Part shown: in pieces, positions 35,579 to 46,009 of the stretch
How the letters are laid out: each line of letters begins with the position of its first letter
Numbering within the stretch: the first letter of the stretch is position 1
Source of the DNA: Chloroflexota bacterium
Lineage (GTDB): Bacteria > Chloroflexota > Dehalococcoidia > Bin125
Assembly (NCBI GenBank): GCA_026707145.1
Contig: JAPOXK010000021.1
Span: 311,526-375,525, forward strand
DNA length: 64,000 bases
Direction of reading: 5' to 3'
The notes under the pieces: model-generated
Told to the model about the DNA's origin: nothing
Seen by the model: only the letters and a program-made list of their open reading frames with translations
Databases searched by the model: none
Program-made: the position numbers and the translations under genes

Positions 35579-37249
35579 TTGCGTGACGATGTCCCCACCG
35601 ATGGCGTCCGCCTGATCCCGCTGGGCGGCCTGGGCGATATCGGTCGCAACATGATGGTGGTGGAAACGGCCGACGATCTCGTGGTCGTGGACGCCGGCAT
35701 TATGTTCCCTCCGGAAGAACTGCTGGGGGTCGATTTCATCATTCCGGACGTCTCTTATCTGCGCCAGCGGGCAGCGAAACTGCGCGCGTATCTGGTCACG
35801 CATGGCCACGAGGATCACATCGGCGCGCTGCCGTACCTGCTGCCCGAACTCCCTGCGCCGATCTACGCGACGCGGCTAGCTCAGGGCCTCTTGGGGTTAA
35901 AGCTCAAGGAGGCAGGCCTGGACAGCGCCGTTCGCGTCACAATCGACGAGCAGTCGACGAGCGAACTCGGCAGCATCCAAGCCGAGTATTTCCCCGTGGC
36001 GCACTCAATCCCGGACGCGGTAGGCATTGCCCTACGGACCCCGGCCGGGCTCTTAGTGCACACGGGCGACTTCAAGATCGATCACACCCCTGTGCTGAGC
36101 TCTCCTACAGACCTACCGCGCCTCGCCGCTTACGGCAGCGAAGGCGTGCGCGTGTTGATGAGCGACTCCACCTACGCCGACCACCCCGGGCACACACCGT
36201 CGGAACAGGTCGTGGGCGACGCGCTCCAGCAGATCATGTTCAGCACGCCGGGGCGAGTGATCATCGCCACGTTCGCGTCGCAGATCGCGCGCCTGCAGCA
36301 GATCATCGACGGAGCGGAGGCAGCAGGCCGTACGGTTTTTGTGACTGGTCGGTCCATGGTGAACAACGTACGGATGGCACGCGATCTGGGCTACGTCACC
36401 ATCGCGCACGGCGGGATTCGCCACATCAACGAGCACGACGGCTTCCCCGATGACGAGGTCGTGATCGTCTGCACCGGCGCCCAGGGTGAACCGATGTCGG
36501 CGCTGGCACGGATGGCAACAGGCGATCATCGCGAGGTGATGATCAAGGCCGGAGACACGGTGGTGCTATCGTCCAGTCCGATTCCAGGAAACGAAGCCGC
36601 GGTGAACCGGACCATTGACAACATCTTCCGTCAGGGTGCGGTCGTGCGATCAGTGGGAAGCGGGGATCCCAACGTCCATGTGCGCGGTCACGCGGCACAG
36701 GAAGAGCTCAAGACCGTGCTCAATCTCACCCGTCCCGAACTCTTCGTCCCGGTGCATGGCGCCTTCCGGCACCTAGCGATGCACGTGGACCTCGCGCAGA
36801 GTTTGGGCGTGCCGCAAGAGAACTGCCATCTCCTGCTAGACGGCGATGTGCTCGAGTTGACCAACGAAGCGCACGCGGTTGTCGATACCGTACCGGCGTC
36901 GTACGTGTCCGTCGACGGACTGAGCGTGGGCGGGGTGGATCACACGGTCTTACGCGACCGGCAGCATCTCGCGACCGAAGGCATGGTGGTTGTGGTCGTG
37001 CCGGTAGACCACCGAACCGGGCAGATCGCGGGGCAGATCGACGTGGTGTTCCGCGGCTTTGCCATCAGCCAAGACTCCGAAGCATTACGCAAGCGGGCGG
37101 TGGAGCAGGTGCGAGAGACCCTCCTGGGAAAGGATCACCCCGTGGAGTGGACTGTGGTCCAAGAGTTGTTGAAGAGCAGCATGTCGCAGTTCTTGTATCG
37201 CGAAACACGCCAGCGTCCTATGATGCTACCCGTGGTTGTGGAAGTCTGA
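35579..37249 (+). CDS. rnj: ribonuclease J
   Basis: Metallo-beta-lactamase HxHxDH (VTHGHEDHIGALP), beta-CASP and C-terminal domains. The TTG at 35579 is preceded by AAGGA. The listed ORF starts at 35483, overlapping the UDG gene. Confidence 0.85.
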   Translation: MRDDVPTDGVRLIPLGGLGDIGRNMMVVETADDLVVVDAGIMFPPEELLGVDFIIPDVSYLRQRAAKLRAYLVTHGHEDHIGALPYLLPELPAPIYATRLAQGLLGLKLKEAGLDSAVRVTIDEQSTSELGSIQAEYFPVAHSIPDAVGIALRTPAGLLVHTGDFKIDHTPVLSSPTDLPRLAAYGSEGVRVLMSDSTYADHPGHTPSEQVVGDALQQIMFSTPGRVIIATFASQIARLQQIIDGAEAAGRTVFVTGRSMVNNVRMARDLGYVTIAHGGIRHINEHDGFPDDEVVIVCTGAQGEPMSALARMATGDHREVMIKAGDTVVLSSSPIPGNEAAVNRTIDNIFRQGAVVRSVGSGDPNVHVRGHAAQEELKTVLNLTRPELFVPVHGAFRHLAMHVDLAQSLGVPQENCHLLLDGDVLELTNEAHAVVDTVPASYVSVDGLSVGGVDHTVLRDRQHLATEGMVVVVVPVDHRTGQIAGQIDVVFRGFAISQDSEALRKRAVEQVRETLLGKDHPVEWTVVQELLKSSMSQFLYRETRQRPMMLPVVVEV

Positions 37250-39620
37250 CCCGTGGCGGGGTGACCGGACTTCTCGAAGGAGCCCGCTCCCCATGGCACG
37301 TGCGGAGGCTCGCCGCCGCCGCTCTCCCTCGCACTATCGCTTCGCACTGCGACTCCCGCGGCAGCGGCTGGCGTTTCTACCGGTACTAGGTGCGATCTGT
37401 GTCCTCGGCACAGCAGCACTCATCAACTGGATCGTAGCTCCATCGGGCGTGGTCGGCGCAGTCCGCGAGAGCGCCATTGAGGCGATCGGCGTGGGCATTT
37501 TCCTGGTGATCGCCCTGGTGATGATCGTCGGATTGTGGCTGATCACGGGCGCACGCTGGCAGCCGGGCCTGGCTGGGATTCGCCGCATCGCAGGGATCTG
37601 CGCGCTCGCCCTCTTCGCCTGTGGTATGGGCGGCTTGATCCGGCCCGATTGGACTTTAGGAACCGTAGACTTGAGCCGGGTCACCGCCGGTGGCGCCCTG
37701 GGTGATACGCTGACATCGCCCGGCGGTGCCTTTGTCATGCTGGCATTGGCGCTCGCAGCCGCGCTGATCCTCGCCCCACGGCCCAGCGTGCAAGGCGGGC
37801 TGTGGACCGCCCAGGCGCTCGCCATGATTGCCGCGACGCAACCACTGCGACTCTCTCGCAGGGCGTGGCGGCGCGGTTTCATCACGACCCGCGCCGCACC
37901 GGCCTCCGAAGCGACGGCCGATGCCAACGACACAGCGAACGACTTTCCGGCCGCTCCAGACGAAACGGAGGCGGCAGCAGAGCCGCCTCCAGAAAAAGAG
38001 CCAGCCACCGACCTTCCCGGCAACGCGCCAGCGAAAGTAGACGACGAGAGCCGCGCCAACGGACGACAGCGGCGACGGAGTGAAGACGGCTGGCAGCTGC
38101 CGCCGCTCACGCTGCTCCGCACCGAAGCGGCAGCGAAGCGGAGCGCTCAATCACAGGAGCAGGCGAAACGGATCATGCACACCTTGGAATCGTTCGGCGT
38201 CGATGCCAAGGTCGTGCATATCAACGAAGGCCCGTCCGTCACGCAATTCGGCATTGAGCCCGGCTGGGAGGTGAAAACGCGGACCGTCTTGGAGCGAGAC
38301 GCGCACGGTCGAACCGTGAATGCCGCAAACGGGCAACCGCAGACCCGCGAGGAAGAAGTCTCGCGGACGCGGGTGCGTGTGAGCAAAATTACACGACTCG
38401 CCAACGACTTGGCGCTGGCGCTCGCCGCGCCGTCGATCCGTGTCGAGGCTCCCATTCCCGGCAAGCCCGTCGTCGGCATTGAGGTGCCCAACGCGAAGAC
38501 GCGCCTGGTAGCACTCCGGGGAGTGCTGGAGTCGGGAGAGTATGTCCAGGCGGTGCGAGAAGCGGCAGTGCCGATCGCGTTGGGGCGCACGGTCACGGGC
38601 AAGGCCGAAGTCCAAGACCTCGCACGGATGCCACATCTCCTCATCGCGGGCGCCACCGGGGCCGGGAAGAGCGTGGCGATCAACAGCATCATCTGCGGCT
38701 TATTGATGCAATTCTCCCCCGCCCAATTGCGCTTGGTGTTGGTTGACCCCAAGCGCGTGGAGTTGACGAACTATGCAGCTATTCCCCATTTAGCGTTTTC
38801 GCACGTGGTGACCGAACCGGACGAGATGGTGGGCGCCCTGCGAGTAGTCATCACCGAGATGGACCGCCGCTACCGCCGGTTCGAGCAGACGGGCGAGCGC
38901 AACATCGCGTCCTACAACGCCAGTGCCCCACCAAACGGGCCGCTGCCCTACTGGGTCGTGGTGATCGATGAGCTGGCCGATCTGATGATGGCGGCGCCCG
39001 TCGAGGTGGAGCAGCAACTGGTGCGACTGGCCCAACTCGCCCGCGCGACGGGCATTTTCCTGGTGATCGCGACGCAGCGACCATCGGTAGACGTAGTCAC
39101 CGGGTTGATCAAAGCCAACTTCCCTACGCGGATGGCATTCGCGACCACGTCACAAACAGATTCCCGCGTGATCATCGACCAAGCTGGCGCGGAGAAACTG
39201 GTGGGGAGAGGCGATATGCTGTTCCTCGCGACGGATTCGCTCAAACCGCGCCGCATTCAGGGGACTTATGTCTCTGATGAGGAGATCGCGCGCCTAGTCA
39301 AGTTCTGGACGCAAGGCCGCCACCGATCCAGTACCCCTCCCGATCTGGACGAGCAACTGGAAACCGCCGCCGCTCAAGCGAGCGCAGGCATTGAAGAGGC
39401 CGCTGACAGCGAGGCGCGCGACGCTCTCTACGAGCAGGCACGAGCGCTTGCAGCGGAGCACTCGCGTGTCTCGGCGTCAATGCTGCAGCGCCGACTGCGG
39501 ATCGGCTATCCAAGGGCGGCTCGCCTGATCGACACGCTCGAAGCGGAAGGGGTCGTCGGAGCAGCCACAGGCGGACAGTCACGGGAGGTGCTGGCGGCCG
39601 CGAAGAGCGAGGCACACTGA
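37236..39620 (+). CDS. ftsK: DNA translocase FtsK/SpoIIIE
   Basis: 794 aa. It has an N-terminal TM domain, a low-complexity Ala/Pro/Glu linker, the ATPase GATGAGKSVAINSI, LVIATQRPSVDVVTG and a C-terminal gamma (wHTH) domain. The start may be the internal MARAEARRR at 37293. Confidence 0.85.
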   Translation: MWKSDPWRGDRTSRRSPLPMARAEARRRRSPSHYRFALRLPRQRLAFLPVLGAICVLGTAALINWIVAPSGVVGAVRESAIEAIGVGIFLVIALVMIVGLWLITGARWQPGLAGIRRIAGICALALFACGMGGLIRPDWTLGTVDLSRVTAGGALGDTLTSPGGAFVMLALALAAALILAPRPSVQGGLWTAQALAMIAATQPLRLSRRAWRRGFITTRAAPASEATADANDTANDFPAAPDETEAAAEPPPEKEPATDLPGNAPAKVDDESRANGRQRRRSEDGWQLPPLTLLRTEAAAKRSAQSQEQAKRIMHTLESFGVDAKVVHINEGPSVTQFGIEPGWEVKTRTVLERDAHGRTVNAANGQPQTREEEVSRTRVRVSKITRLANDLALALAAPSIRVEAPIPGKPVVGIEVPNAKTRLVALRGVLESGEYVQAVREAAVPIALGRTVTGKAEVQDLARMPHLLIAGATGAGKSVAINSIICGLLMQFSPAQLRLVLVDPKRVELTNYAAIPHLAFSHVVTEPDEMVGALRVVITEMDRRYRRFEQTGERNIASYNASAPPNGPLPYWVVVIDELADLMMAAPVEVEQQLVRLAQLARATGIFLVIATQRPSVDVVTGLIKANFPTRMAFATTSQTDSRVIIDQAGAEKLVGRGDMLFLATDSLKPRRIQGTYVSDEEIARLVKFWTQGRHRSSTPPDLDEQLETAAAQASAGIEEAADSEARDALYEQARALAAEHSRVSASMLQRRLRIGYPRAARLIDTLEAEGVVGAATGGQSREVLAAAKSEAH

Positions 39621-39703
39621 AAGTTCAACAGGGACGCTGCCTGTCTGGCTAAGATGGGATGGGAGCGTCCGATGCCGCGAATTCGCCTGACTGAGCTCCG
39701 ATC

Positions 39704-41524
39704 GTGATGCGCGCGCTTGCCGACGCGGTTGCGCGCTGGCGTACCCCCAAACCCCAGCCACCACAGCGGGGGGAAGAGGAAACGCCCTGCGTCCTCTGTG
39801 GCTCCGACACGTCCACCATGCAGAGCTACGCAACGCTGGGCGTGTGCTCTGCCTGCAACTACCACCACGCGATCTCGGCCTGGCAGCGGATCAGGATCTT
39901 GGCGGACGGCAATAGTTTCCGCGAAATTCACGCGTCCACCACTTCGATCGACCCGCTCTCATTCCCGGAGGGCGGCGACTATCGGGACAGCTTGCGTGAA
40001 GCGTTCCGCCGGACGCGGCTCCGCGAAGCAGCGATCACAGGCGTATGCAAGATCCAAGGGCGGCCGACTGTCCTCATCATCCTCGACTTCGGCTTCCTGG
40101 GCGGCAGCATGGGCGTGGTGGTGGGAGAGCGCGTGGCCCAAGCCTTCGAGTACGCCAGTAACCGAGGGTTGCCCGTCGTGTCCGTGATTACCAGCAGTGG
40201 CACGCGCGTGCAGGAGGGGGTGCTGGCGCTGATGCAGATGGCCAAGACGTCCGCCGCCGCCGGCCAGCACAGTCGCCGCCGACTGACGCACGTGACGATC
40301 CTTGGCAACCCATCGACCGGCGGGGTCTTTGCATCGTTCGCGAATCTGGCCGACGTGATCGTCGGTGAACCAGGCGCCCTCGTGGGACACGCCACTTTGC
40401 GGGACGTGGAAGAGGCCGAGCGCGGAGAACTCCCGCCCGAGACGCACACCGCAGAGTCCCACCTGGCACATGGGTTGATCGACCAAGTGGTCGCGCGCGG
40501 ACGGCAGCCGGACCTGTTGGCATCGCTCTTGGATCTGACGGCGCCCAAGCCACGTCTCAGGATCAAGCGCGGGCTGAAGCTACTCGACTGGCACCCCTCG
40601 CGCGCGATCAATCCCTGGCAGGAGGTGCAACTCGCTCGACACGAGGGCCGCCCCGGCGCATTGGATTACATCGGGCGGATCGCGGACACGTTCGTCGAGC
40701 TGCGCGGCGATCGCGAAGCGGGCGACGACTCGAGCGTCATCACGGGCCTAGCTGACCTTGGCGGGCAACCCGTGATGCTGATCGGACAAGAGCGCTCTCG
40801 CTCCGAGAAGCGCCAGCCACCGCTCATCCGGCCGGAGGGCTTTCGCAAGAGCCTCCGCGCCATGCGGTTGGCGCAGAAGTTCAAGCTCCCTCTCGTCACG
40901 CTGGTAGATAGTCAAGGAGCCGACCCAAGTCGTGACGCCGAAGAGCATGGATTGGGCCATGCGATCGCGGAAAATCTCGCCATGCTGGCAGGGCTGCGGA
41001 CGCCGGTGATCGCGACGATCATCGGCGAAGGAGGGGGCTCCGGAGCGCTCGCGTTCGCAATCGCAGACCGCGTCTTGATGCTGGAGCACTCCATCTTCTC
41101 GGTTGCGTCACCTGAACGGGCGGCGGCGATCCTCTACCGCGACCAGAGCCGGGCGGAGCGGTTGGCCAAAGCGCTCCGCCTCACCGCTGCTGATGCGCTG
41201 GAGTTAGGTGTCGTGGACCGGGTTGTCCGTGAGCCGCGGGGAGGAGCACATGAGGATCACGACGCAGCGGCGGCACAGCTCGCCTCGGCTATCCGGGAGG
41301 CGCTTGGCGACGTGAGTAACGTGCCCGTGCGCAAACTGGTGAGGCAACGCTACCAGCGCTACCGCAAGGTCGGAATCTATCAGAGCTTTTTCCAAGTCAG
41401 CCTGCGCCGCAATCTCGCCGACTTGCAAGACGACATGCGCGGGCGATTCTCTCAAGCCTTTCGCAAGGGAATGCGCGGCCCACGCGACCGGGACGAAGAG
41501 GCGCCCGGCATCGCTTTCGATTAA
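39704..41524 (+). CDS. accDA: acetyl-CoA carboxylase carboxyltransferase, fused beta (AccD) and alpha (AccA) subunits
   Basis: 606 aa. The N-terminal half has the AccD Zn finger CVLCGS...CSACNYH and FGFLGGSMG. The C-terminal half has AccA blocks (FVELRGDR, QPVMLIGQER, PEGFRKSLRAMRLAQKFKLPLVTLVDSQGA, IIGEGGGSGALA). Confidence 0.85.
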   Translation: MMRALADAVARWRTPKPQPPQRGEEETPCVLCGSDTSTMQSYATLGVCSACNYHHAISAWQRIRILADGNSFREIHASTTSIDPLSFPEGGDYRDSLREAFRRTRLREAAITGVCKIQGRPTVLIILDFGFLGGSMGVVVGERVAQAFEYASNRGLPVVSVITSSGTRVQEGVLALMQMAKTSAAAGQHSRRRLTHVTILGNPSTGGVFASFANLADVIVGEPGALVGHATLRDVEEAERGELPPETHTAESHLAHGLIDQVVARGRQPDLLASLLDLTAPKPRLRIKRGLKLLDWHPSRAINPWQEVQLARHEGRPGALDYIGRIADTFVELRGDREAGDDSSVITGLADLGGQPVMLIGQERSRSEKRQPPLIRPEGFRKSLRAMRLAQKFKLPLVTLVDSQGADPSRDAEEHGLGHAIAENLAMLAGLRTPVIATIIGEGGGSGALAFAIADRVLMLEHSIFSVASPERAAAILYRDQSRAERLAKALRLTAADALELGVVDRVVREPRGGAHEDHDAAAAQLASAIREALGDVSNVPVRKLVRQRYQRYRKVGIYQSFFQVSLRRNLADLQDDMRGRFSQAFRKGMRGPRDRDEEAPGIAFD

Positions 41525-41585
41525 CTGCGACGGGGGACGGAGGGCTGGAGGCCGGACTGGCCGATCGCGGTATTGGTCTGAAGCG

Positions 41586-42308
41586 TTACGGAAGTGTGAA
41601 GGGCGTAAAGCGAGTATCGTCGGTCCACTCGAGCTGGTAGAGGTGCTCCCGCCCGGGAAGTCCACGCAGGCGCCTCATCCCGCGGTCCACCCAGCGGTCC
41701 TCAGGCACGAGCGCGGCGACTTCTTCGTGGACCCGGGCGGAGAGCCAGATCTCCTCACCCAAGCTCTTGCCCAAGATTCGCTCTGCAACGTTCACGGTAC
41801 GGCCGAGAATGTCACCGCCCCAGCGCAACATCACATCGCCCGTGTGCATCCCGATGCGCACGCGTACGGGCCAATCGGAACGCCGGCTGGCTCGCATGCT
41901 GACGTCACGCTGCACGCTAATGGCGCAGAGCACAGCATCCAGTGCTTCGGCGAAAGCGACGAGGAAGCCATCACCGGTGCTTTTGACCTCGAAGCCCGCA
42001 TAGCGGTCAATGGCAGTGCGAATGAGACGATTATGCTCATCAACAAGCTGGGCCCAGAACGCGTCGCCAAGGCGTTCGTTCAAGCGAACCGAGTCTTCAA
42101 TGTCAGTGAAGAGAACGGTAAGCGAGCGGCCTCCGGCAGGGACGAGAGTTGCGCTGAGGGCCGAGCCGTCCCGAGGACAGAAGGCCGATCCTGCCGGCGC
42201 TTCTTCACCGCAGAAAGGGCAGCTATGGAGCGCGTGCTCCTGCTCGTCCGGGAGGAGCCAGCCAGGCGTGCGAGGTCGCCGCGGCCGAGTGTCGTCCACA
42301 GTGCTCAC
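41586..42308 (-). CDS. class III nucleotidyl (adenylate/guanylate) cyclase catalytic domain with N-terminal zinc ribbon
   Basis: 240 aa. It has the ribbon CPFCGEEAPAGSAFCPRDGS. The cyclase core has LTVLFTDIEDS (metal Asp), FEVKSTGDGFLVAF (Lys plus metal Asp) and GRTVNVAERI (Asn/Arg transition-state residues). Confidence 0.7.
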   Translation of the reverse strand: MSTVDDTRPRRPRTPGWLLPDEQEHALHSCPFCGEEAPAGSAFCPRDGSALSATLVPAGGRSLTVLFTDIEDSVRLNERLGDAFWAQLVDEHNRLIRTAIDRYAGFEVKSTGDGFLVAFAEALDAVLCAISVQRDVSMRASRRSDWPVRVRIGMHTGDVMLRWGGDILGRTVNVAERILGKSLGEEIWLSARVHEEVAALVPEDRWVDRGMRRLRGLPGREHLYQLEWTDDTRFTPFTLP

Positions 42309-42431
42309 GAAGGTCCTCGCCCGGTCCGCGCCGCTTTTCCCGGTGCGCAGGTGCTGCCCAATCGCATCACTCTACGAATCTCACCGCGGCGAGCCAGCGT
42401 CTAGGCATCCCCGACTCGCCTGGGTATTCTG

Positions 42432-44519
42432 TCAACTTCCCGTGCGCCTGCTTGTTCCTCTGCGTTTGATCGAGCGCCGATCGCGCCGACCATAAGAATC
42501 CGCAACCCATTCGGAGAGATCGGCCTCATCTCCCAGAAGCTCGCGACGCAGCTCAACGATCTGATCGCGCAGAAGCGCCGCGCGCTCGAATTCAAGGGCT
42601 TTCGAGGCGCGCTTCATCTGCTTTTCAAGGTCTTTGACCAGCCGGGCGATCTCGTCTCTGGGAATGTTGGCTGTGTCGACAGGCGCCTTGACATCGTAGG
42701 CCGCGCGCTCTTCCGCAACTTGCTTCACCTGATCTGTTATGTCCCGTATGGCCTTGCTGATGCTGACCGGCGAGATGCCATGCTTCTCGTTATAGGCGCG
42801 CTGAATGCTGCGGCGCCGATCGGTCTCATCGATTGCGGCGCGCATCGAATCCGTGACGGTGTCGGCGTACATGATCACGTGCCCGTTCACGTGGCGGGCG
42901 GCACGGCCGATGGTCTGGATCAGCGAGCTTTCGTTGCGGAGGTACCCCTCTTTGTCGGCGTCCAAAATCGCGACCAAGCTCACTTCGGGGAGATCTAACC
43001 CCTCCCGCAGGAGGTTGATCCCGACCACGCAATCAAAAACACCGAGCCGGAGGTCCCGAAGGATCTCGACACGCTGAAACGTATCTTGCTCACTGTGGAG
43101 GTGGTGCGTCTTGATGCCGAGTTCACGCAGGTAGTCGGCCAAGTCTTCGGCCATCTTCTTGGTCAACGTAGTGACCAAGGCGCGCTCGCCACGCTCGACA
43201 CGCCGATGAACCTCATCGAGCAAGTCGTCGATCTGACCTTCCGTCTTACGAACCTCCACTGCGGGATCGAGGAGGCCGGTGGGACGGATCACTTGCTCCA
43301 CAATCTGGGTGGAATCGCCGCGCTCGTAGTCTCCCGGCGTAGCGGAGACGTAGATCACTTGATCAAGGTGAGCGTTGAACTCCTCGAAGCTGAGCGGCCG
43401 GTTGTCAACGGCGGAAGCGAGACGGAAGCCATGGTCGATGAGCGTCTGTTTACGGTTGACATCGCCGAAGTACATCCCGCGCACCTGCGGCAGTGCCATG
43501 TGACTCTCGTCGATAAAGAGCAACCAGCGGTCTGGGAAGTAATCGAGCAGGGTCCAGGGCGGGCTGCCGGCAGCACGCCGGGCGAGGTGCCGCGAGTAAT
43601 TCTCGATACCGGAGCAATAACCGGTCTCGCGCAGCGTCTCGATGTCGAAGCGGGTGCGCTCCTCAAGTCGCGCTGCCTCGAGAATGCGGCCCTCGCCGCG
43701 CAGCGTCTCGAGGCGCTGGGCTAACTCCGTCTCGATATCACGCAGAGAGGCTTCGAGCCGCGCGGCGGAGGTGACGAAGTGCTTCGCAGGATAGATGTCG
43801 ACCCGGTCACGCTCGGCCAGGACTTCCCCGGTAAGCGGGTCGAGCTCCACGATGCGCTCAACTTGGTCGTCCCAAAAGTCCACCCGCACCGCCAGTTCCT
43901 CATACGAAGGTTGGATGGTGAGGGAGTCGCCACGGATACGGAACTTGTTCCGGCTGATGGTCATCTCGTCGCGTTCATACTGAACATCGACGAGGTGGCG
44001 GAGGATGCGCCGCCGCTCGATGCTTTCGCCGACTTTCAGCGTCAACACAAGCGACTGGTACTCCTCCGGCTCGCCGAGACCGTAGATACAGGAGACCGAG
44101 GCAACGATGACAACGTCCCGGCGCTCGAAGAGAGCGCGAGTCGCGGCGTGGCGCAGCTTGTCGATCTCGTCGTTGATCGCCGCGTCTTTCGCGATATAGG
44201 TGTCTGTGCGGGGAATGTAGGCTTCGGGCTGATAGTAATCGTAATAGGAGACGAAGTACTCGACCGCATTGTTGGGCAAGTACTCCTTGAATTCGGTGGC
44301 GAGTTGTGCGGCCAGCGTTTTGTTCGGCGCAAGCACCAGCGTGGGACGGTTCACGGCCGCGATCACGTTCGCCATGGTGAAAGTCTTGCCGGATCCGGTA
44401 ACGCCCAACAACGTCTGGGCGCGATCGCCACGCTGGATGCTCTCGACAAGCGCCGCGATCGCCTCCGGCTGATCACCAGTAGGCACGTGGGCGCCGCCGA
44501 TTTCAAAACGCTGCAGCAT
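42432..44519 (-). CDS. uvrB: excinuclease ABC subunit B
   Basis: It has [27 protein letters not shown], the helicase motifs, and the C-terminal UvrB/UvrC interaction domain. The probable start is [18 protein letters not shown], 14 aa before GDQP as in characterised UvrB. The listed ORF extends to 44705. Confidence 0.85.
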   Translation of the reverse strand: MLQRFEIGGAHVPTGDQPEAIAALVESIQRGDRAQTLLGVTGSGKTFTMANVIAAVNRPTLVLAPNKTLAAQLATEFKEYLPNNAVEYFVSYYDYYQPEAYIPRTDTYIAKDAAINDEIDKLRHAATRALFERRDVVIVASVSCIYGLGEPEEYQSLVLTLKVGESIERRRILRHLVDVQYERDEMTISRNKFRIRGDSLTIQPSYEELAVRVDFWDDQVERIVELDPLTGEVLAERDRVDIYPAKHFVTSAARLEASLRDIETELAQRLETLRGEGRILEAARLEERTRFDIETLRETGYCSGIENYSRHLARRAAGSPPWTLLDYFPDRWLLFIDESHMALPQVRGMYFGDVNRKQTLIDHGFRLASAVDNRPLSFEEFNAHLDQVIYVSATPGDYERGDSTQIVEQVIRPTGLLDPAVEVRKTEGQIDDLLDEVHRRVERGERALVTTLTKKMAEDLADYLRELGIKTHHLHSEQDTFQRVEILRDLRLGVFDCVVGINLLREGLDLPEVSLVAILDADKEGYLRNESSLIQTIGRAARHVNGHVIMYADTVTDSMRAAIDETDRRRSIQRAYNEKHGISPVSISKAIRDITDQVKQVAEERAAYDVKAPVDTANIPRDEIARLVKDLEKQMKRASKALEFERAALLRDQIVELRRELLGDEADLSEWVADSYGRRDRRSIKRRGTSRRTGS

Positions 44520-44841
44520 GAACTCCCGCGTGGAGGAGTATCGCAGCGGCGGCCGGTCAGATGACGACTCGTCGCTGCCCGTATCAGCCATCGACAGCGA
44601 CGCTACAGGTGCGCCCTGTCGTCTCGGCAGCATAGAGGGGTCCATCAGCCATCCGCATCTCTTCCACCGCCGCACCTGGGCCAAGCGCGCACCCGGAGAG
44701 TGCATCGGGAGAGCATGGTTGCCCCCAACCGGTGTAGAGCCACCGCAGCACTTGCGCAGTGGCTACGGGCTTTCCCTCGATCACCAGCGCTTCTGCTCGC
44801 CGCTTACAGGAGGAGCAGCCACTTGCAGCCACCCAATCGGC

Positions 44842-45492
44842 TCAGGTTCTGTCTGCAAGGAGATCGAAGACAGCGCGCAGAACCACTTCGGTATCGGCCG
44901 CCGGCACTTCCGAATCAGGCTTCGGCAGAGCACCCGCGGCCTCACCGACCCAAGCCTTAGCCTCCCGGCGTCCGTAACCGAGCGCCACGAGCGCTTCGAT
45001 CGCGTCGCTCAGCGCGCGCTCGCGTTCGGGAGCGGGGGAATCAGCAAGGCCAGGGTAGTGCTCGTCGACGAGTAGAGCCTCTTCAAGCACCTTCCCCCTG
45101 AGCTCGGCGACGATCTGTCCAGCCTGTCGTGCGCCGATGCCAGGCAGCCGGCGCAGCGCCGCCTTGTCCTCATCTTCGATCCAGCGAGCGATAGTCGAAA
45201 TGGAAGTCGCCAGTGCGCGGCGCGCCGTGGTCGGCCCCATTCCGTGGACGCGCATGAACTTTCGAAAGAACTCGCGTTCCGTAGGGCGTAGAAAGCCCAC
45301 CAGCACCGGCGTCGGATTGCGATCAGGCACGTGATAGTAGATGAAGAGTTCGAGCGTGTCTGGGTGTGGATCCAACGCCCGCCAAGCGTAGGCAGGTAGT
45401 TGGACTTCATAGGAGATGCCACCAACGTCGATCTCGACACTTTGTGCGTTCGGGTCCCAGGAGCGGGCACGCCCGTGAATTCGCGATATCAC
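44842..45492 (-). CDS. ruvA: Holliday junction branch migration protein RuvA
   Basis: 216 aa. It starts MISRIHGR, with HhH motifs LPGIGARQAGQIVAEL. Confidence 0.85.
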   Translation of the reverse strand: MISRIHGRARSWDPNAQSVEIDVGGISYEVQLPAYAWRALDPHPDTLELFIYYHVPDRNPTPVLVGFLRPTEREFFRKFMRVHGMGPTTARRALATSISTIARWIEDEDKAALRRLPGIGARQAGQIVAELRGKVLEEALLVDEHYPGLADSPAPERERALSDAIEALVALGYGRREAKAWVGEAAGALPKPDSEVPAADTEVVLRAVFDLLADRT

Positions 45493-45502
45493 GATCGGTC
45501 AG

Positions 45503-46009
45503 TCATGGCTGCGGCGCTGCGGTCATCGCGAGACGCTGGCTTAGCAGGTGGCAGTAGGCGACGGCGAGTGCATCCGCCGCATCAGACGGTTCAGGAAGCT
45601 CCGGGAGCGCCAATTCCATGTACAGCAGTTGCGCCATCGCTGCTTTCTCCGCACCGCCGTCGCCAGCCACCCGGTGCTTGATCTCGCGAGGCGCGTATTC
45701 CGCTACCTCCAGGCCGTGACGGGCAGCGGCGATGAAGGCCGCTGCTTGCGCCTGGCCCAGCGCCATCGCCGCCCGGACATCCTCCTTGACGAAGGGGCGC
45801 TCCACAGCAACGACATGTGGCCGCTGCGATCGGATAGCCGTGCTGAGCCCTTCCATGAGCTCCCCGAGCCGCTGCTCGACCGACCCGCTCCGCTTCGGCT
45901 TAATCAGCCCCCACCGTGCCTCAAAGCGCTGTCCCTCTTGCGCGACAAGGGCCCAGCCAGTGGCCTGCAAGCCGGGGTCTACCCCAAACACCCGTAGGAT
46001 CGAACTCAC
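45503..46009 (-). CDS. ruvC: crossover junction endodeoxyribonuclease RuvC
   Basis: 168 aa. It has RVFGVDPGLQATGWALV and the acidic catalytic residues. Confidence 0.85.
   Translation of the reverse strand: MSSILRVFGVDPGLQATGWALVAQEGQRFEARWGLIKPKRSGSVEQRLGELMEGLSTAIRSQRPHVVAVERPFVKEDVRAAMALGQAQAAAFIAAARHGLEVAEYAPREIKHRVAGDGGAEKAAMAQLLYMELALPELPEPSDAADALAVAYCHLLSQRLAMTAAPQP

Noticed and set aside
41586-42308. A Pycsar/CBASS-like anti-phage signalling operon built around the small cyclase.
   Set aside because: No effector (TM/TIR/cNMP-binding) gene is adjacent. The neighbours are accDA (convergent) and uvrB. It is kept only as an orphan cyclase.
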